Shown one piece after another: positions 1 through 9,530 of a stretch of 64,000 nucleotides of DNA. The stretch is from Nitrospirota bacterium. GTDB taxonomy: Bacteria > Nitrospirota > Thermodesulfovibrionia > Thermodesulfovibrionales > SM23-35. Numbering within the stretch: position 1 is the first letter of the stretch; every line of letters begins with the position of its first letter. Both the position numbers and the translations under genes were made by a program. The DNA is taken from NCBI GenBank assembly GCA_049323875.1, contig JBMOLW010000030.1:79500-143499 (forward strand), written 5' to 3'. The notes beneath the pieces were generated by a model that worked only from the letters and a program-made list of their open reading frames with translations, made no database searches and was not told the origin of the DNA.

Positions 1-879
1 CGGTGTCTTCCCGCCAGGCGCCAGACACTTCTGTTCTCCGCAACCATGCCCGATGATATCCGCAAGCTGGTACAGGAAGTACTCCGCGACCCGATTACCG
101 TGCAGGTGGGACATAGTGCGCCTGTGCATACGGTGTCGCACGCGCTTTATCCTGTAGACCAGCACCTCAAGACAGCGCTCCTTATGAAACTGCTGCATCA
201 GACAGACACCGGATCTGTACTGGTATTCACGCGCACCAAGCACAGGGCAAAGCGGGTGGGACAGCAACTGGAAAAAGCCGGATACCGTGCGGCGTCATTG
301 CAGGGGAACCTGTCGCAGAACAGACGTCAGGCTGCGCTTGACGGGTTTCGTGAAGGCGCTTTTCAGGTTCTCGTAGCAACAGATATTGCCGCACGCGGAA
401 TCGATGTATCAAACATTTCGCACGTTATCAATTACGATATCCCGGATACGGTAGACGCATATACCCACCGCATCGGACGGACGGGACGCGCTGAACATAC
501 CGGGGATGCATTCACCTTCATCACCCGTGAAGATGAAGACACGGTCCGCAGCATCGAGCGCATTCTCGGTGAAAAAATACGGAGACATATGATAGAAGGA
601 TTCGATTACAAAAAATCCGCTCCTGTACGCGATAAAGAGTTTTCCCGTCCGCCGCGCGAACCACAGCGCCGCAAAGAGCAAAAGAGGCCTGAACATGCCG
701 GTCCTTCCGCAAAAACCACCTATGGGAAAAGGGCGCACGAGAGCTGTTCTCCGAAATCCGAACAGAACGCTGCTCACCGGAATGCTTCCGGAGGTCGCCC
801 TCGGTCGGTAGCCCAACGGAACAAGGCTCACAAAACGGGAACATACAGAGCATCGCAGGAGCTGAGCAGCCGGCAATAA
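1..879 (+). CDS. DEAD-box ATP-dependent RNA helicase, C-terminal part (5' end lies upstream of the window)
   Basis: Frame 1 is open from base 1: RQTLLFSATMP (motif III, SAT) precedes the first Met at 46. ARGID (motif V) and HRIGRTGR (motif VI) are present. There is a long basic Arg/Lys/Gln-rich C-terminal tail, as in RhlE-type helicases. Confidence 0.9.
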   Translation, partial: RCLPARRQTLLFSATMPDDIRKLVQEVLRDPITVQVGHSAPVHTVSHALYPVDQHLKTALLMKLLHQTDTGSVLVFTRTKHRAKRVGQQLEKAGYRAASLQGNLSQNRRQAALDGFREGAFQVLVATDIAARGIDVSNISHVINYDIPDTVDAYTHRIGRTGRAEHTGDAFTFITREDEDTVRSIERILGEKIRRHMIEGFDYKKSAPVRDKEFSRPPREPQRRKEQKRPEHAGPSAKTTYGKRAHESCSPKSEQNAAHRNASGGRPRSVAQRNKAHKTGTYRASQELSSRQ

Positions 880-892
880 AGAGAGCAGGGTA

Positions 893-1087
893 ATGGCGGG
901 AAGAAATCGCTCTGATATAAGGCCGGGACTTCGTGTTTCGATCGTATTGAAGAAAGACCAGCGGACAGGAAAGCTCACCGAGGGAATTGTGAGAGATATC
1001 CTTACAAATTCTCCGTCACACCCCCATGGCATTAAGGTCCGCCTGCAAACCGGGGAGGTTGGCAGGGTTAAGAAACTGCTTGAATAG
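893..1087 (+). CDS. YwbE/DUF2196-family small protein
   Basis: 64-aa ORF starting 14 nt after the helicase stop. The pattern GLRVSIVLKKDQRTGKLTEGIV...HPHGIKVRL..GEVGRV matches the YwbE family as I remember it. Confidence 0.65.
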   Translation: MAGRNRSDIRPGLRVSIVLKKDQRTGKLTEGIVRDILTNSPSHPHGIKVRLQTGEVGRVKKLLE

Positions 1088-1284
1088 TAATCCGATAATA
1101 TGGTTATTCGCCCGGCCCCTTTTCTTATAGGAGTGTGTCCCTTTGTGCGATACAGGAAAAGTCCATAACCTGGATATTTCTGCTCTCCCTCCTGTTCAAT
1201 ATGGTTTTTTTGTGCTACTGTGTATCTCATAAGGCACTGAGGCAATACAGGAGAAGTTATTTCATTGAGGATTAAGGAGCAAGT

Positions 1285-1482
1285 ATGGCTAAATATACCG
1301 CCCCGATTAATGAAGATACCCGGCAGAGGATTCTTGCACTTCCGAGAGGTATACACTTCTCTGACTTTATGAGGAAAGCCATCTCGGTCTTCGTCGAAGA
1401 ACTGGAGAAGAATCCTGACCTGAAACCTGAAAATTTCGTTATCACAGTAACAGCAGGAAAAGACAGATCAGAGAGAAACTGA
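1285..1482 (+). CDS. Hypothetical small protein (65 aa), possibly ribbon-helix-helix-like
   Basis: ATG preceded by a good SD (ttAAGGAGcaagtATG). It sits in an otherwise empty 440-nt gap. I recognise no family; the RHH guess rests only on a short N-terminal strand followed by a helical pattern. Confidence 0.4.
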   Translation: MAKYTAPINEDTRQRILALPRGIHFSDFMRKAISVFVEELEKNPDLKPENFVITVTAGKDRSERN

Positions 1483-1548
1483 GCATCGGTTGCGAGAGGA
1501 GATGGGCAGAATTGCTTCCTGCTCCGCATGGGGCATCCGCATAACGAT

Positions 1549-2724
1549 ATGAAAAGAAGCAGGATTCTGGTCACCTGTGCAAAAGGAAACACCGCTTACC
1601 TGAGAGAGGAAATGCTTCAACTGGGATTTCCGGTGCTCTCTGCAACGGTTGCGGGCGTAGCGACTGAAGGGAGCCTGGAAGATACCTATCGCCTCAATCT
1701 CTTCCTCAGGACCGGACACCGTGTCCTTTTCCTCATCAGAGAATTCACTGCAGAAGACGCTGGTGTACTCTATGCAGAATTGACGAAGATAGCATGGGAG
1801 GAATACATCGATGAGGACGGCTATGTCTGCGTCACCTCCAGCGTGGATAATCCAAACATCAGGGACTCGCGCTATGCGAATGTGAAATGCAAAGACGCGA
1901 TTGTCGACAGGATAAGGGAAAAATGCAGACAGCGTCCTGATTCAGGCCCGCAGCAGGACAGAGTTGTGGTGAGCCTATACTGGAAAAATGAGCACTGCGC
2001 CGTATATTTCGATACCTCAGGGGAGCCTCTCTCCCGCCGGGGGTACAGAAAAATCCCCATGTCTGCACCCATGCAGGAAACGCTTGCCGCTGCAGTGCTT
2101 ATGGCTGCTGGTTGGGGAGGACAGGGAAATCTCATTAACCCCATGTGCGGAAGCGGGACCCTTGCCATTGAAGCTGCCCTCATCGCTCTGGACCGGGCTT
2201 CAGGAATGCTGCGAAACAATTTCGGATTCATGCACCTCAGGGGATTCGATAAATCGAAGTGGAATGCCCTGCGGACACAGGCAAAAAAAGACGCAAAGAG
2301 CAGAATTGATTGCAGGATCATTGCCACCGATATAAGCAGAAAGACGATAGACGCAGCAAAAAAGAATGCTGCCACGGCAGGAGTCGAACATCTTATTGAG
2401 TTTGCAGTATGCGATTTTCGCAAAACTGATATTCCTGACAGGAAGGGGATTGTGATCCTGAACCCTGAATACGGCGAGAGGATGGGCAAGATCAGGGAAC
2501 TCGAAGATGTATACAGGGGGATAGGAGATTTTTTCAAGCAGCAGTGCAAGGGGTATACGGGATATATTTTTACGGGAAATCCCGACCTTGCGAAGAAAGT
2601 AGGGTTGAAGGCGAAACAAAGGATCCCTTTTTTTAACGGTCCGATAGAATGCAGACTGCTTGAATATGAATTGTATGAGGGGAGCAGAAAGGTAGCACAG
2701 GGGGCGGAGGCTGAAAACAGATGA
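1549..2724 (+). CDS. THUMP-domain class I SAM-dependent RNA methyltransferase (RlmL/RlmK N-terminal type, COG0116)
   Basis: NPMCGSGTLAIEAA (SAM motif I) and LNPEYGERMG (NPPY-type motif IV). The N-terminus MKRSRILVTCAKG...LREEM is typical of the family. The ORF is open from ATG 1528, but Met-8 (1549) fits family N-termini better. Confidence 0.85.
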   Translation: MKRSRILVTCAKGNTAYLREEMLQLGFPVLSATVAGVATEGSLEDTYRLNLFLRTGHRVLFLIREFTAEDAGVLYAELTKIAWEEYIDEDGYVCVTSSVDNPNIRDSRYANVKCKDAIVDRIREKCRQRPDSGPQQDRVVVSLYWKNEHCAVYFDTSGEPLSRRGYRKIPMSAPMQETLAAAVLMAAGWGGQGNLINPMCGSGTLAIEAALIALDRASGMLRNNFGFMHLRGFDKSKWNALRTQAKKDAKSRIDCRIIATDISRKTIDAAKKNAATAGVEHLIEFAVCDFRKTDIPDRKGIVILNPEYGERMGKIRELEDVYRGIGDFFKQQCKGYTGYIFTGNPDLAKKVGLKAKQRIPFFNGPIECRLLEYELYEGSRKVAQGAEAENR

Positions 2725-2849
2725 AATCACACACCGGTTCCCATGATACTGTTGAGACAGATGAAGACTTAGCGATACAATAAATACAAGTGATTCGGGC
2801 AACCCCCTGGAGTATTCAGTCTACCACGCACGGGGTCATAAAGGAGAGT

Positions 2850-3854
2850 ATGCAGGAAGTCGACCAAACCGAACAAAAGCCATTGAACAGAGATGAGATC
2901 AATGAGCGGATCGCCCGCTTTCTCGGACCGGAACAAGTGCCGAAGCGATACAATATCGTCACCGATACTACTGATTTCTTCAGGGTTGAGTATGATGATG
3001 TTGTGGTTCTTGGAGGAAAACCCTATCTGATCAGGAACAATGAGCGGGAGGGACGTTTCGGAATAGACGAGCAGCAGAAATTCTGGGTAAAACGTGCAAG
3101 AGATCTTGCGGACGGCAGTGTAAAGATCATCAAGCTCGTATTCCACGAGCGCTTTCAGGCTAAGGTGGGAGATATCGTATTCGACTGTTTCAGAAGCCCC
3201 AAAAAGGAGGGACGAATCCTTGACCTTACCAGAGGGCATGCACGGTTTATGCAGGGTTTCTGGCTCACTGACGTTTCGGGCAACCTGATCAGGGTCATCG
3301 ATTTCATCAGGGGGAAGACACTCGCGGATGTGGTCGTGACCCTTGGCAAGGACCATGAAGAGTATTTCTTCGACTATTTCCCGTCGGTACTCGATGAATA
3401 TTTTGAACTGGCAGAAGCAATAGGGTTTCTCCATCAGCAGGGTGAAAAACATGGTGATATCAGAAGGGACCATATCATCAAGGATGCAGAGACGGGAAAC
3501 TGCCGCTGGATCGATTTCGATTTCAACTACCAGCACCGTGAGAACATGTTCGGCTATGACCTTTTCGGATTGGGGAATATTCTGGTATACCTCACCGGAC
3601 GCGGAGAGGTAACTGTTCAGGAGCTGCGGGAGTCGGGATCACCCGTATGCGGACAGTTGAAGTCATCCGACATGAACATCATATTCAACAACAGGGTGGT
3701 AAACCTGAAGAAAGTGTATCCCTATATTCCGGAATCACTGAACTTCGTCCTGCTTCATTTCTCTGCAGGAGCCAATGTCTTCTATGAGAATACTGACCAG
3801 CTCCTTCATGACCTTCACGAAGCAAGGGAGTATCTGAAAAACAGGCAATCTTAA
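2850..3854 (+). CDS. Atypical Hanks-type protein-kinase-like protein with a degenerate catalytic loop
   Basis: ATG 2850 is preceded by AAGGAGAG; the ORF is open from GTG 2790. Kinase-like landmarks are VKIIKL (VAIK-like Lys), HGDIRRDHI (HxDxxxxN with Asn replaced by His), IDFDF (DFG-like) and YDLFGLGNILVYLTG (subdomain IX DxWSxG-like). Confidence 0.6.
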   Translation: MQEVDQTEQKPLNRDEINERIARFLGPEQVPKRYNIVTDTTDFFRVEYDDVVVLGGKPYLIRNNEREGRFGIDEQQKFWVKRARDLADGSVKIIKLVFHERFQAKVGDIVFDCFRSPKKEGRILDLTRGHARFMQGFWLTDVSGNLIRVIDFIRGKTLADVVVTLGKDHEEYFFDYFPSVLDEYFELAEAIGFLHQQGEKHGDIRRDHIIKDAETGNCRWIDFDFNYQHRENMFGYDLFGLGNILVYLTGRGEVTVQELRESGSPVCGQLKSSDMNIIFNNRVVNLKKVYPYIPESLNFVLLHFSAGANVFYENTDQLLHDLHEAREYLKNRQS

Positions 3855-3874
3855 GAATGAGGGGGAATTAAGCG

Positions 3875-4342
3875 ATGGAATCAAAAAGAGCGAATAACCG
3901 AAATATCCTTATCGCAGTCGACGAATCAGAAAATGCCGCAAGGGCAGTGGCATATGTCCGGGATCTCCTCAACGGGCTGACCGGGTTCCGGATCAACCTT
4001 GTCACCATTATCCCCGAACCTTCGGAAGACTATTTTCAGTCAGGGAAAGAACGGACGGAATGGATGAAAGATAAAGATTCTTCTGCGCGGAGCCTGCTTG
4101 AAGGACATCGCCGGTTATTCACCGACGCAGGGTTCGGCGAGGAAGATATCAGGACGGATCTGGTGATCAGGGAATGCACCTCGATAGCGGAATGTATTCT
4201 CGATGAGCAGAAGAGACTGGACTGCGGGACTGTGGTCATAGGCCGGCGGGGGATCTCCAAGAAAGAAGAGTTTATCTTCGGGAGCACCTCCAGCAAGATA
4301 CTCCATACGGCAAAAGACTGCGCCGTCTGGGTTATCGAATAA
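3875..4342 (+). CDS. Universal stress protein (UspA family)
   Basis: ILIAVDESENAARAV at the N-terminus and VVIGRRGISKKEEFIFGSTSSKILHTAKDCAVWVIE at the C-terminus (the ATP-binding G-2x-G-9x-G(S/T) type motif). It starts 20 nt after the kinase-like gene. Confidence 0.85.
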   Translation: MESKRANNRNILIAVDESENAARAVAYVRDLLNGLTGFRINLVTIIPEPSEDYFQSGKERTEWMKDKDSSARSLLEGHRRLFTDAGFGEEDIRTDLVIRECTSIAECILDEQKRLDCGTVVIGRRGISKKEEFIFGSTSSKILHTAKDCAVWVIE

Positions 4343-4518
4343 AAAGTTCCCCGGAGTCTGTCTACAGAGCTCCCGTCCCGGAGGATAAACCATTGCGGAT
4401 GAGTACCTTCCCGGTGAAGCTTTCTCTGCTCCTGATAAAGCAAACGGATTCCCGCTCTTATGGGGCAAATAGAATGCTGTAGGTCATTCTGTCATTGCCC
4501 GATAGAGAGCGTTTCTGT

Positions 4519-5487
4519 TCAGACACTCATAACAACACGGTTTCTGCCTTGTCTCTTTGCCGTATACATTGCATCATCTGCTTTTTTAATGAAGGTATTC
4601 TCAGTATCTTCTTCCCTGAACTCTGCTGTCCCGCAACTTATTGTTATCCGGGGAAGATTGTCAAAAGTGAAGTTTTCGATATCCTTTCTGAGCCTTTCTG
4701 CCAATATGTATGCCTGCTTTTTATCAGTTTCCGGTGAGAGGATCAAGAATTCCTCGCCTCCCCATCGGATGAAGTAATCGATTTTCCGTATAGTCCTCTT
4801 AACTATGTTGGCAATTGTTTTCAAAACGGAATCGCCAACATGATGGCCAAACTTGTCATTAATTTTTTTGAAGTGATCGATATCAAACAGTAAGATAGAT
4901 AAGGGCTTGTTGTTCCTCTTCACTCTTTCTATCTCTCGGGTGATTATTTCATCAAACCCCATTCTGTTATAGGCTCCGGTGAGTATGTCCGTAGTCGCCA
5001 GCTCTTTGAGTTTTGCGTCCATCTTCTTCCGTTCGCTGATATCTATGAACGTTTCAAGGAGGTATTTGCGGTTTTTGAATGTTATGGGGACTACCGTTTT
5101 AATTATGGGAATTTTCCTCTGCTTTGCATTGATCAAGAACCGTTCTGAATTGTCTATAACCTGGTTGAGGTCAGTAATAGGACACCTGCCACGCTCTGCA
5201 GGGCAAACATACGCATGGCACTCTTTGCCGATGATCTTCTTTTTGGCAATGCCTATCAGTTCAGATGCTGCCCTGTTGATATCGACGATTCTGTGTTTTT
5301 CAACATCAATGACCATTACCCCGGCCTGTATGGAAGACATGATAGCTTTAAAATATGCCTCGCTGTCACGAAGATATATACCAGACTGCTTGAGCCTGGA
5401 TCGGGATTTATCGATCGCGGCAATACGGCGGCGCAATGTCTTCAATTCCTGTAGGAGGGCTGACTTGGTTTTTTTATCGTCTTCCAT
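4519..5487 (-). CDS. PAS-domain diguanylate cyclase (GGDEF)
   Basis: N-terminal coiled region, then a PAS-like segment (MVIDVEKHRIVDINRAASELIG), then a GGDEF domain with an intact active site RWGGEEFLIL and DIDHFKKINDKFGH. Confidence 0.9.
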   Translation of the reverse strand: MEDDKKTKSALLQELKTLRRRIAAIDKSRSRLKQSGIYLRDSEAYFKAIMSSIQAGVMVIDVEKHRIVDINRAASELIGIAKKKIIGKECHAYVCPAERGRCPITDLNQVIDNSERFLINAKQRKIPIIKTVVPITFKNRKYLLETFIDISERKKMDAKLKELATTDILTGAYNRMGFDEIITREIERVKRNNKPLSILLFDIDHFKKINDKFGHHVGDSVLKTIANIVKRTIRKIDYFIRWGGEEFLILSPETDKKQAYILAERLRKDIENFTFDNLPRITISCGTAEFREEDTENTFIKKADDAMYTAKRQGRNRVVMSV

Positions 5488-5528
5488 AACAATGTCCTCA
5501 TTACGGCCAATCCTGTCGAAACAGTGCC

Positions 5529-5553
5529 GCGGTTGCGTATTGAACGCATCCGC
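5529..5553 (-). terminator. Stem-loop between the MidA-like gene and the GGDEF gene (possible terminator/attenuator)
   Basis: gcggttgcgt-attga-acgcatccgc forms a 10-bp stem with one mismatch. It lies 17 nt downstream of the stop at 5570 and is followed on the minus strand by ggcactgtttcg, which is only weakly U-rich. Confidence 0.3.
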
Positions 5554-5569
5554 AGCTGTCGTAAAGAAA

Positions 5570-6697
5570 CTACAGTTTCCCCATCTGATTTTTTAAGGCA
5601 AACCCCCTCAGGGCCGGAGACCTTTCCCCTTTGTACTGAATGAGCACTTTGTGCGTCTCACCGAGGGTTCCCGGAAGGATCAGTCTTTTGATCCTGGCGA
5701 TCTCGAAGAGATAATCCTTTGAGTTTCTGTAGAGTTCGGCAATCATTTCATCGATGCCGAGCGATACCAGATATGTGCCCTGGGGGCAGAAACCGAGGGT
5801 GCGGAATCCGAGTTCTTCTCCCCATTTCTTCACCGCAGAGAAGTTCACATGGGCGGTGATATCCTGATCTCCGATATTGCTATAGGGGTCTTCGTTCGCC
5901 TGATGCCTGAAGTAGCACATGAGCGTTCCCCTGTTCCGCTCTTTACTGTAATATTCCGGTAACGTATGACCGTAGTCTATGGTAAGGATGAACCCTTCTG
6001 AAAGAAGATTCGAGACTGACCTGAGCCATCCCTGAACCCTGAGGCTTATCTCCGTCCTGTAGCCTGAGGGCAGCGAGAGGGTGAATTCTTCCAGATATCC
6101 GGCAAGTAAAGGGGTGCTTACCTCACCCTTTGCCTCCCTGAATTGGCCGTTTTCTGCAGTCACATAGACCTCTTTCAGGGTATCCTCCATCTCGACGAGA
6201 TGGACAGGGAAGGCGTCGAGCAGTTCATTCGACAGCACGCAGCCGGAGATGCTCCCCAAGTCCTCAAGGGAAGACACCCAATTGACTTTACCGGAGAAAC
6301 CCTTCAGGACTTTTTGCTGCTTCTCTTGCACGGAAGGATGAGGCTCTACGATCACATAGCTGATGGAATCATAGAACTCTTTTTGTGATGCATAAGTGAG
6401 GAGGTCCATACAGAGGTGGCCGGTTCCTGCACCGGGCTCGACTGCATAAAATACAGAGGGTTTCCCCATGATTTTCCACATCTCTTCGAGCTGCATCCCC
6501 AGAAGCGCCCCAAAAATCGGGTGGAGATGCTGGCTTGTGTAATAATCTCCTGCCTTGCCGATCTCGAGTTTGCCGGATGCGTAATAGCCGAGACGAGGTT
6601 CATACAGAGCCATATCCATGAAGGTTTCAAACGGCATAGGGCCTTCTCTGTTGATTTTTTCAAGAATCTTCTGTGCGAGTTGATTCATGGTCTGCAA
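5570..6697 (-). CDS. Class I SAM-dependent methyltransferase, MidA/NDUFAF7 (DUF185) family
   Basis: N-terminus GPMPFETFMDMALYEPRLGYYASG and EPGAGTGHL (SAM motif I) are characteristic of COG1565/DUF185. The start lies 8 nt after the addB-like stop. Confidence 0.85.
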   Translation of the reverse strand: MQTMNQLAQKILEKINREGPMPFETFMDMALYEPRLGYYASGKLEIGKAGDYYTSQHLHPIFGALLGMQLEEMWKIMGKPSVFYAVEPGAGTGHLCMDLLTYASQKEFYDSISYVIVEPHPSVQEKQQKVLKGFSGKVNWVSSLEDLGSISGCVLSNELLDAFPVHLVEMEDTLKEVYVTAENGQFREAKGEVSTPLLAGYLEEFTLSLPSGYRTEISLRVQGWLRSVSNLLSEGFILTIDYGHTLPEYYSKERNRGTLMCYFRHQANEDPYSNIGDQDITAHVNFSAVKKWGEELGFRTLGFCPQGTYLVSLGIDEMIAELYRNSKDYLFEIARIKRLILPGTLGETHKVLIQYKGERSPALRGFALKNQMGKL

Positions 6698-6704
6698 TTA
6701 TACC

Positions 6705-9530
6705 CTATATCCTCCGTGTCTTTACAATCCATTGCGTGCCGCACAGGTTTCGGTAATCGCAGTGCGGGCAGATATTCTTTTTGTCGGTGGCAGGACGAAA
6801 CGGCTCTTCAGGGTCAACAATCTCGTTGAGCAGCCGGAACAATATCATCTCCAGCATCGGGAAAAGTTTCTTCTGCTCCTCGCTGTCGAAAAGAGGAAGT
6901 TCGATATTACGGGTGATCAGAGCATGGCCGAGAAGAAGGAACATTGCGTCAGTATTGTCTGTATCCGCCCCTGTCTTTTCTGAATGCAGGAGGAGATATA
7001 GGGGCAACTGAAGGCTGCCGATGGCTTCGTTCCAGGTCTCCCGCATCCCGGGGTCAAGCTTCCGGAAGTTGATCTTCAGATACGACGGGTTTGATCCTGT
7101 CTTGTAATCGACAATAACCGTGCGTTCACCCCTCTGCTCGATGCTGTCAATGCGGCCTCTGAGACGAAAAGAGTGTTTCGCGATATGCATATCCACCTCT
7201 GTTCCGAGAATAGCAAGCGAGCCCTGTTCCATGATGTCATAATAGTATTGGGTGATGAGATCCCTGAGGTGTTTTTTGATCTGCCTTTTCAGGAGGTAGG
7301 CAGCGCCGGAAGGGTTTTTCCCGAATCTCTGTGCAAAGAGCCTCCCGATATGGATCTCCATGTCTTCCGGGGTCATGGTGCTCTTTTTCAGCAGTTTACC
7401 GGTCCTGTTCTGCATAAAGCCCGCGAGAACGGCATGGACGAATTCACCGATGTCAGTCCGCTCAATATCACCTGAAAAGTCGTCTCTGCTCTTGAGGTTG
7501 AGTACGTATGCATAGAAAAAGGCAAGCTGGCATCGCAGATAGGTGTCCAGACTCGTCGCGCTGTAGACGTACTTCCTCAGAAACTCTACCATCCCCTCCG
7601 TCTTGGGAATCTCACCGGGGTCTCTGTTCCCGAGGCTGACCCGGTACTGGACTGTATTGAGATATTTTCTCGCGTTCCGTTCCCTGTCCTTTTTCTGATT
7701 TTCCCAGAGAAGCTGTTCTGCAAAACGGGATTTTTCCTTCCTGTCGTTTTCCACAAAGAACAGATGACACTCTTTTGCTCCATGGAAAAGATTCTCAAAG
7801 TAATACGCAACAAGAGCATCCCTGTCCCGGTAGGTAGGGATTTTGAGTATCTCCCGGGCTTTCAGCGGGAGCAGGGAATCTTCTTTCTTTGTGTCGGGCA
7901 GAACTCCTTCGCTGGCGTCGAGCAAAAAGACCCTTTCGAACTGCAGGGCTCTCGTCTCGAGGAAGCCGAGAACCTGGAGTCCGTGCACCGGAACGCCTTC
8001 AAAGGGAGTATGACAGGTTGTAAGGTATTTTCTGAAAAAGAAGAAATACCCGTTGAGCTCGGAAAAGGTGATGTCCTTCATGAACGAACGTTGCATGCTG
8101 TCGAATACCTTGATGAACGTCTCGGAAAAAGGATGAAAAAGAGGGTGAACCCGTGCAGTGCTGTTCCGGTAAATGTACAGGAGGACCTCAGCACATTTTC
8201 CGGCAAAGTCCTTCACATTCTCGAACGAGAGGAATTTTTCTATGGTCTGTTCGTGGATAGTGCGAAGGTGACCGGTCATCCCGGCATACGGCACCTCTTC
8301 CCTGTCAGCACCAGCGGGGTAGATCTTCAGGGAAGAGACGGATTCTTCTACTTCCCGAAGGGTTGAGAAAGTTATCGTCCTGGAGCGGACCAGTTTTTCC
8401 TGTAATGCATGGAACAGTATCCTCGTGGGTTCAGACCTTCCGCGGTACTGGATGTTTTTTGTGTAGGGATGAAGTACAAACTTGAGGTAGTCGGGGATAT
8501 AAACGCGGTCGCCGTCCATATTCGCTACCAGTTCCATGAGGTTGTTGAAGAAGCTGAATACGGGGGTGCGTATGACAGGATACCCCATCGATACGTTATA
8601 GCTTTCTTCATCGAATGAAGAAAGGCACTGACGGAGGACCGGGAAGAGAGTTTCTGAAGAAGGGAGAACGACGACGGTTTTTTCATCCGGTTCGGGACGC
8701 AGGGTGTTCAGCATGCGGCTGAGGGCAAAGACCTGCCCGTGGGTGTCGGGGCTTGTACAGAAATGGACTGTCGGCCCTTCTTTCTCTCCGCTGCCGTCTC
8801 TGGAGGGGATACCCATAAATGAAATCTGCTCGCGGATTCCGGTGCCGTCCTGGAACAGAAACAGGCTCTCCTGCCGCAGGGAAAGTCTTTTGCATAACTT
8901 TTTTTCAGAGTTCGTAAACGCATAAAAACCGGTAAAGATGATCTTCCGGAAATTGTCCGGAATGCTCTCTGCCAGTTCAGATACGGATCGGTAGCGGAGT
9001 GACCGTGTCGAACAGCCGAGTTCCTGCACCCTCTGATAGAATTTCTCGTAAAAATGGGATAACGACTGGAGTCTTTTCGCTGAATGGACCGGGATATTCT
9101 CGCCGGCGAGGCCCTCCACCCCTTTGAATGCCGCAACAGAGACGCATTCAATAGAGAGCTCTTCGATGTCGTGGTAGATCTTTAGCCCGAGGGGGAAGAA
9201 ACTCTCCGGAGTCAGAAAGCCCTCCTTTCCGAGAGGTTTTGGTGAATCCCTGTGTATATCATAGAGGATTGCTATCGCGTCCATTGGTTCGATTCTTCTG
9301 TCAGACGAGACAGTTTCGTAGAGACGGTCTATGAACTCGTCCATTGACAGGATGCAGGGAGGAACGATGCTTCCCTTCACTCTGTCTGCAAGGGTTTTCC
9401 TCAGGAAATGGGCGGGCCTCTTTCCCGGGAACACAACAAGATTTGCCGAATAATCCAACCCGTCCCGGATGAGCTCGGAAGCAGTTTCTTCGATGAGACT
9501 GACGCCCCGGGGTGCGATACGGATGCTCAT
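6705..9530 (-). CDS. addB: AddB-like PD-(D/E)XK nuclease subunit with an inactive helicase-like N-terminus and an iron-staple Cys cluster
   Basis: The C-terminal nuclease motif is GRIDSIE...VIVDYKTG. The Cys set is YLRCQ... plus CPHCDYRNLC (Cx2Cx5C), as in AddB Fe-S nuclease domains. There is no canonical Walker A (FPGKRPAHF). ATG 9530 overlaps the addA-like TGA (ATGA); the ORF is open to 9575. Confidence 0.8.
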   Translation of the reverse strand: MSIRIAPRGVSLIEETASELIRDGLDYSANLVVFPGKRPAHFLRKTLADRVKGSIVPPCILSMDEFIDRLYETVSSDRRIEPMDAIAILYDIHRDSPKPLGKEGFLTPESFFPLGLKIYHDIEELSIECVSVAAFKGVEGLAGENIPVHSAKRLQSLSHFYEKFYQRVQELGCSTRSLRYRSVSELAESIPDNFRKIIFTGFYAFTNSEKKLCKRLSLRQESLFLFQDGTGIREQISFMGIPSRDGSGEKEGPTVHFCTSPDTHGQVFALSRMLNTLRPEPDEKTVVVLPSSETLFPVLRQCLSSFDEESYNVSMGYPVIRTPVFSFFNNLMELVANMDGDRVYIPDYLKFVLHPYTKNIQYRGRSEPTRILFHALQEKLVRSRTITFSTLREVEESVSSLKIYPAGADREEVPYAGMTGHLRTIHEQTIEKFLSFENVKDFAGKCAEVLLYIYRNSTARVHPLFHPFSETFIKVFDSMQRSFMKDITFSELNGYFFFFRKYLTTCHTPFEGVPVHGLQVLGFLETRALQFERVFLLDASEGVLPDTKKEDSLLPLKAREILKIPTYRDRDALVAYYFENLFHGAKECHLFFVENDRKEKSRFAEQLLWENQKKDRERNARKYLNTVQYRVSLGNRDPGEIPKTEGMVEFLRKYVYSATSLDTYLRCQLAFFYAYVLNLKSRDDFSGDIERTDIGEFVHAVLAGFMQNRTGKLLKKSTMTPEDMEIHIGRLFAQRFGKNPSGAAYLLKRQIKKHLRDLITQYYYDIMEQGSLAILGTEVDMHIAKHSFRLRGRIDSIEQRGERTVIVDYKTGSNPSYLKINFRKLDPGMRETWNEAIGSLQLPLYLLLHSEKTGADTDNTDAMFLLLGHALITRNIELPLFDSEEQKKLFPMLEMILFRLLNEIVDPEEPFRPATDKKNICPHCDYRNLCGTQWIVKTRRI

